Below are positions 44,226 through 44,532 of a stretch of DNA of 44,532 nt, in pieces. The translations under genes and the position numbers were made by a program. How positions within the stretch are numbered: the first letter of the stretch is position 1; each line of letters opens with the position of its first letter. Origin of the DNA: Escherichia phage vB_EcoP-CC1; the sequence record OX457022, one strand, 5' to 3'. A model generated the notes under the pieces. The model searched no databases, was not told the DNA's origin, and saw nothing but the letters and a program-made list of their open reading frames with translations.

Positions 44226-44519
44226 ATGCCGACTATTGAAGAACGTTTCCTGATTCACGTAGACTTCTCACCCATACATCTTGGTTATCTTATCACTATT
44301 CTCTTAGGAGAGGAGGTTTATCTACATAATTACCTTATACCTGAATATGTATGTTTTAGGGATAAGATACACCCGCTTACTTGGGCACAAGAGTGGCTGC
44401 GTGAACATGTGCTGAAGGAGTGGCCTACATGCGACCAAACTTCGACTTCGGAGCTACAGTATCGGAAGACAATAATCTCATCCTGTGGCCGACTGAAGGT
44501 GAGAGAATCGCTCTCATAG
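44226..44519 (+). CDS. hypothetical protein spanning the contig junction
   Basis: 97-codon ORF with GGAGA RBS; runs into the duplicated 127 nt and would overlap exonuclease start by about 90 nt in another frame. Confidence 0.3.
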   Translation: MPTIEERFLIHVDFSPIHLGYLITILLGEEVYLHNYLIPEYVCFRDKIHPLTWAQEWLREHVLKEWPTCDQTSTSELQYRKTIISSCGRLKVRESLS

Positions 44520-44532
44520 ATGCTGACATGTT
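44406..44532. repeat. terminal overlap of the contig (identical to 1-127)
   Basis: Exact 127-nt identity with window start. Confidence 0.95.

Noticed and set aside
44406-44532. 127-nt end duplication considered as the biological direct terminal repeat
   Set aside because: Falls inside the exonuclease coding region and its length equals a common assembler k-mer; the true terminal repeat is expected in the non-coding region near 29.4-29.6 kb.

Overview
The window is a complete, circularly permuted genome of a lytic T7-supergroup podophage (Autographiviridae, SP6/K1-5-like lineage). Bases 44406-44532 repeat bases 1-127 exactly, so the unit length is about 44,405 bp. All credible genes are on the + strand. 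Order in the window: DNA-metabolism genes (exonuclease, endonuclease VII, metallophosphoesterase, gp1.7-like nucleotide kinase, ligase), structural genes (portal, scaffold, capsid, tail tube A/B, three internal virion proteins, tail fibre), holin, terminase small and large subunits, three paralogous small genes, endolysin and spanin-like ORFs, a second tailspike, a roughly 0.9 kb non-coding terminal region, early genes (small ORFs, Ocr, a 307-aa unknown), the single-subunit RNA polymerase, primase-helicase, DNA polymerase and accessory replication genes. Regulatory signals readable directly: 11 copies of an SP6-type phage promoter (consensus ATTTAC[T/C]GGACACTATAGAAG) plus weaker variants, four hairpin terminators, two candidate sigma70 early promoters and two copies of an RNase-III-site-like 16-mer. 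Structure not explained by genes: a family of 16-18 bp palindromes (TGTCTCAC-NN-GTGAGACA), three arrays of AGG-containing motifs at ~9.5 bp period just downstream of phage promoters, and about 20 CTTAGT repeats in the terminal region. No tRNA, CRISPR, integrase or lysogeny genes were seen. No database search or folding program was run; protein identifications rest on motifs and on recollection of T7 and SP6 sequences.
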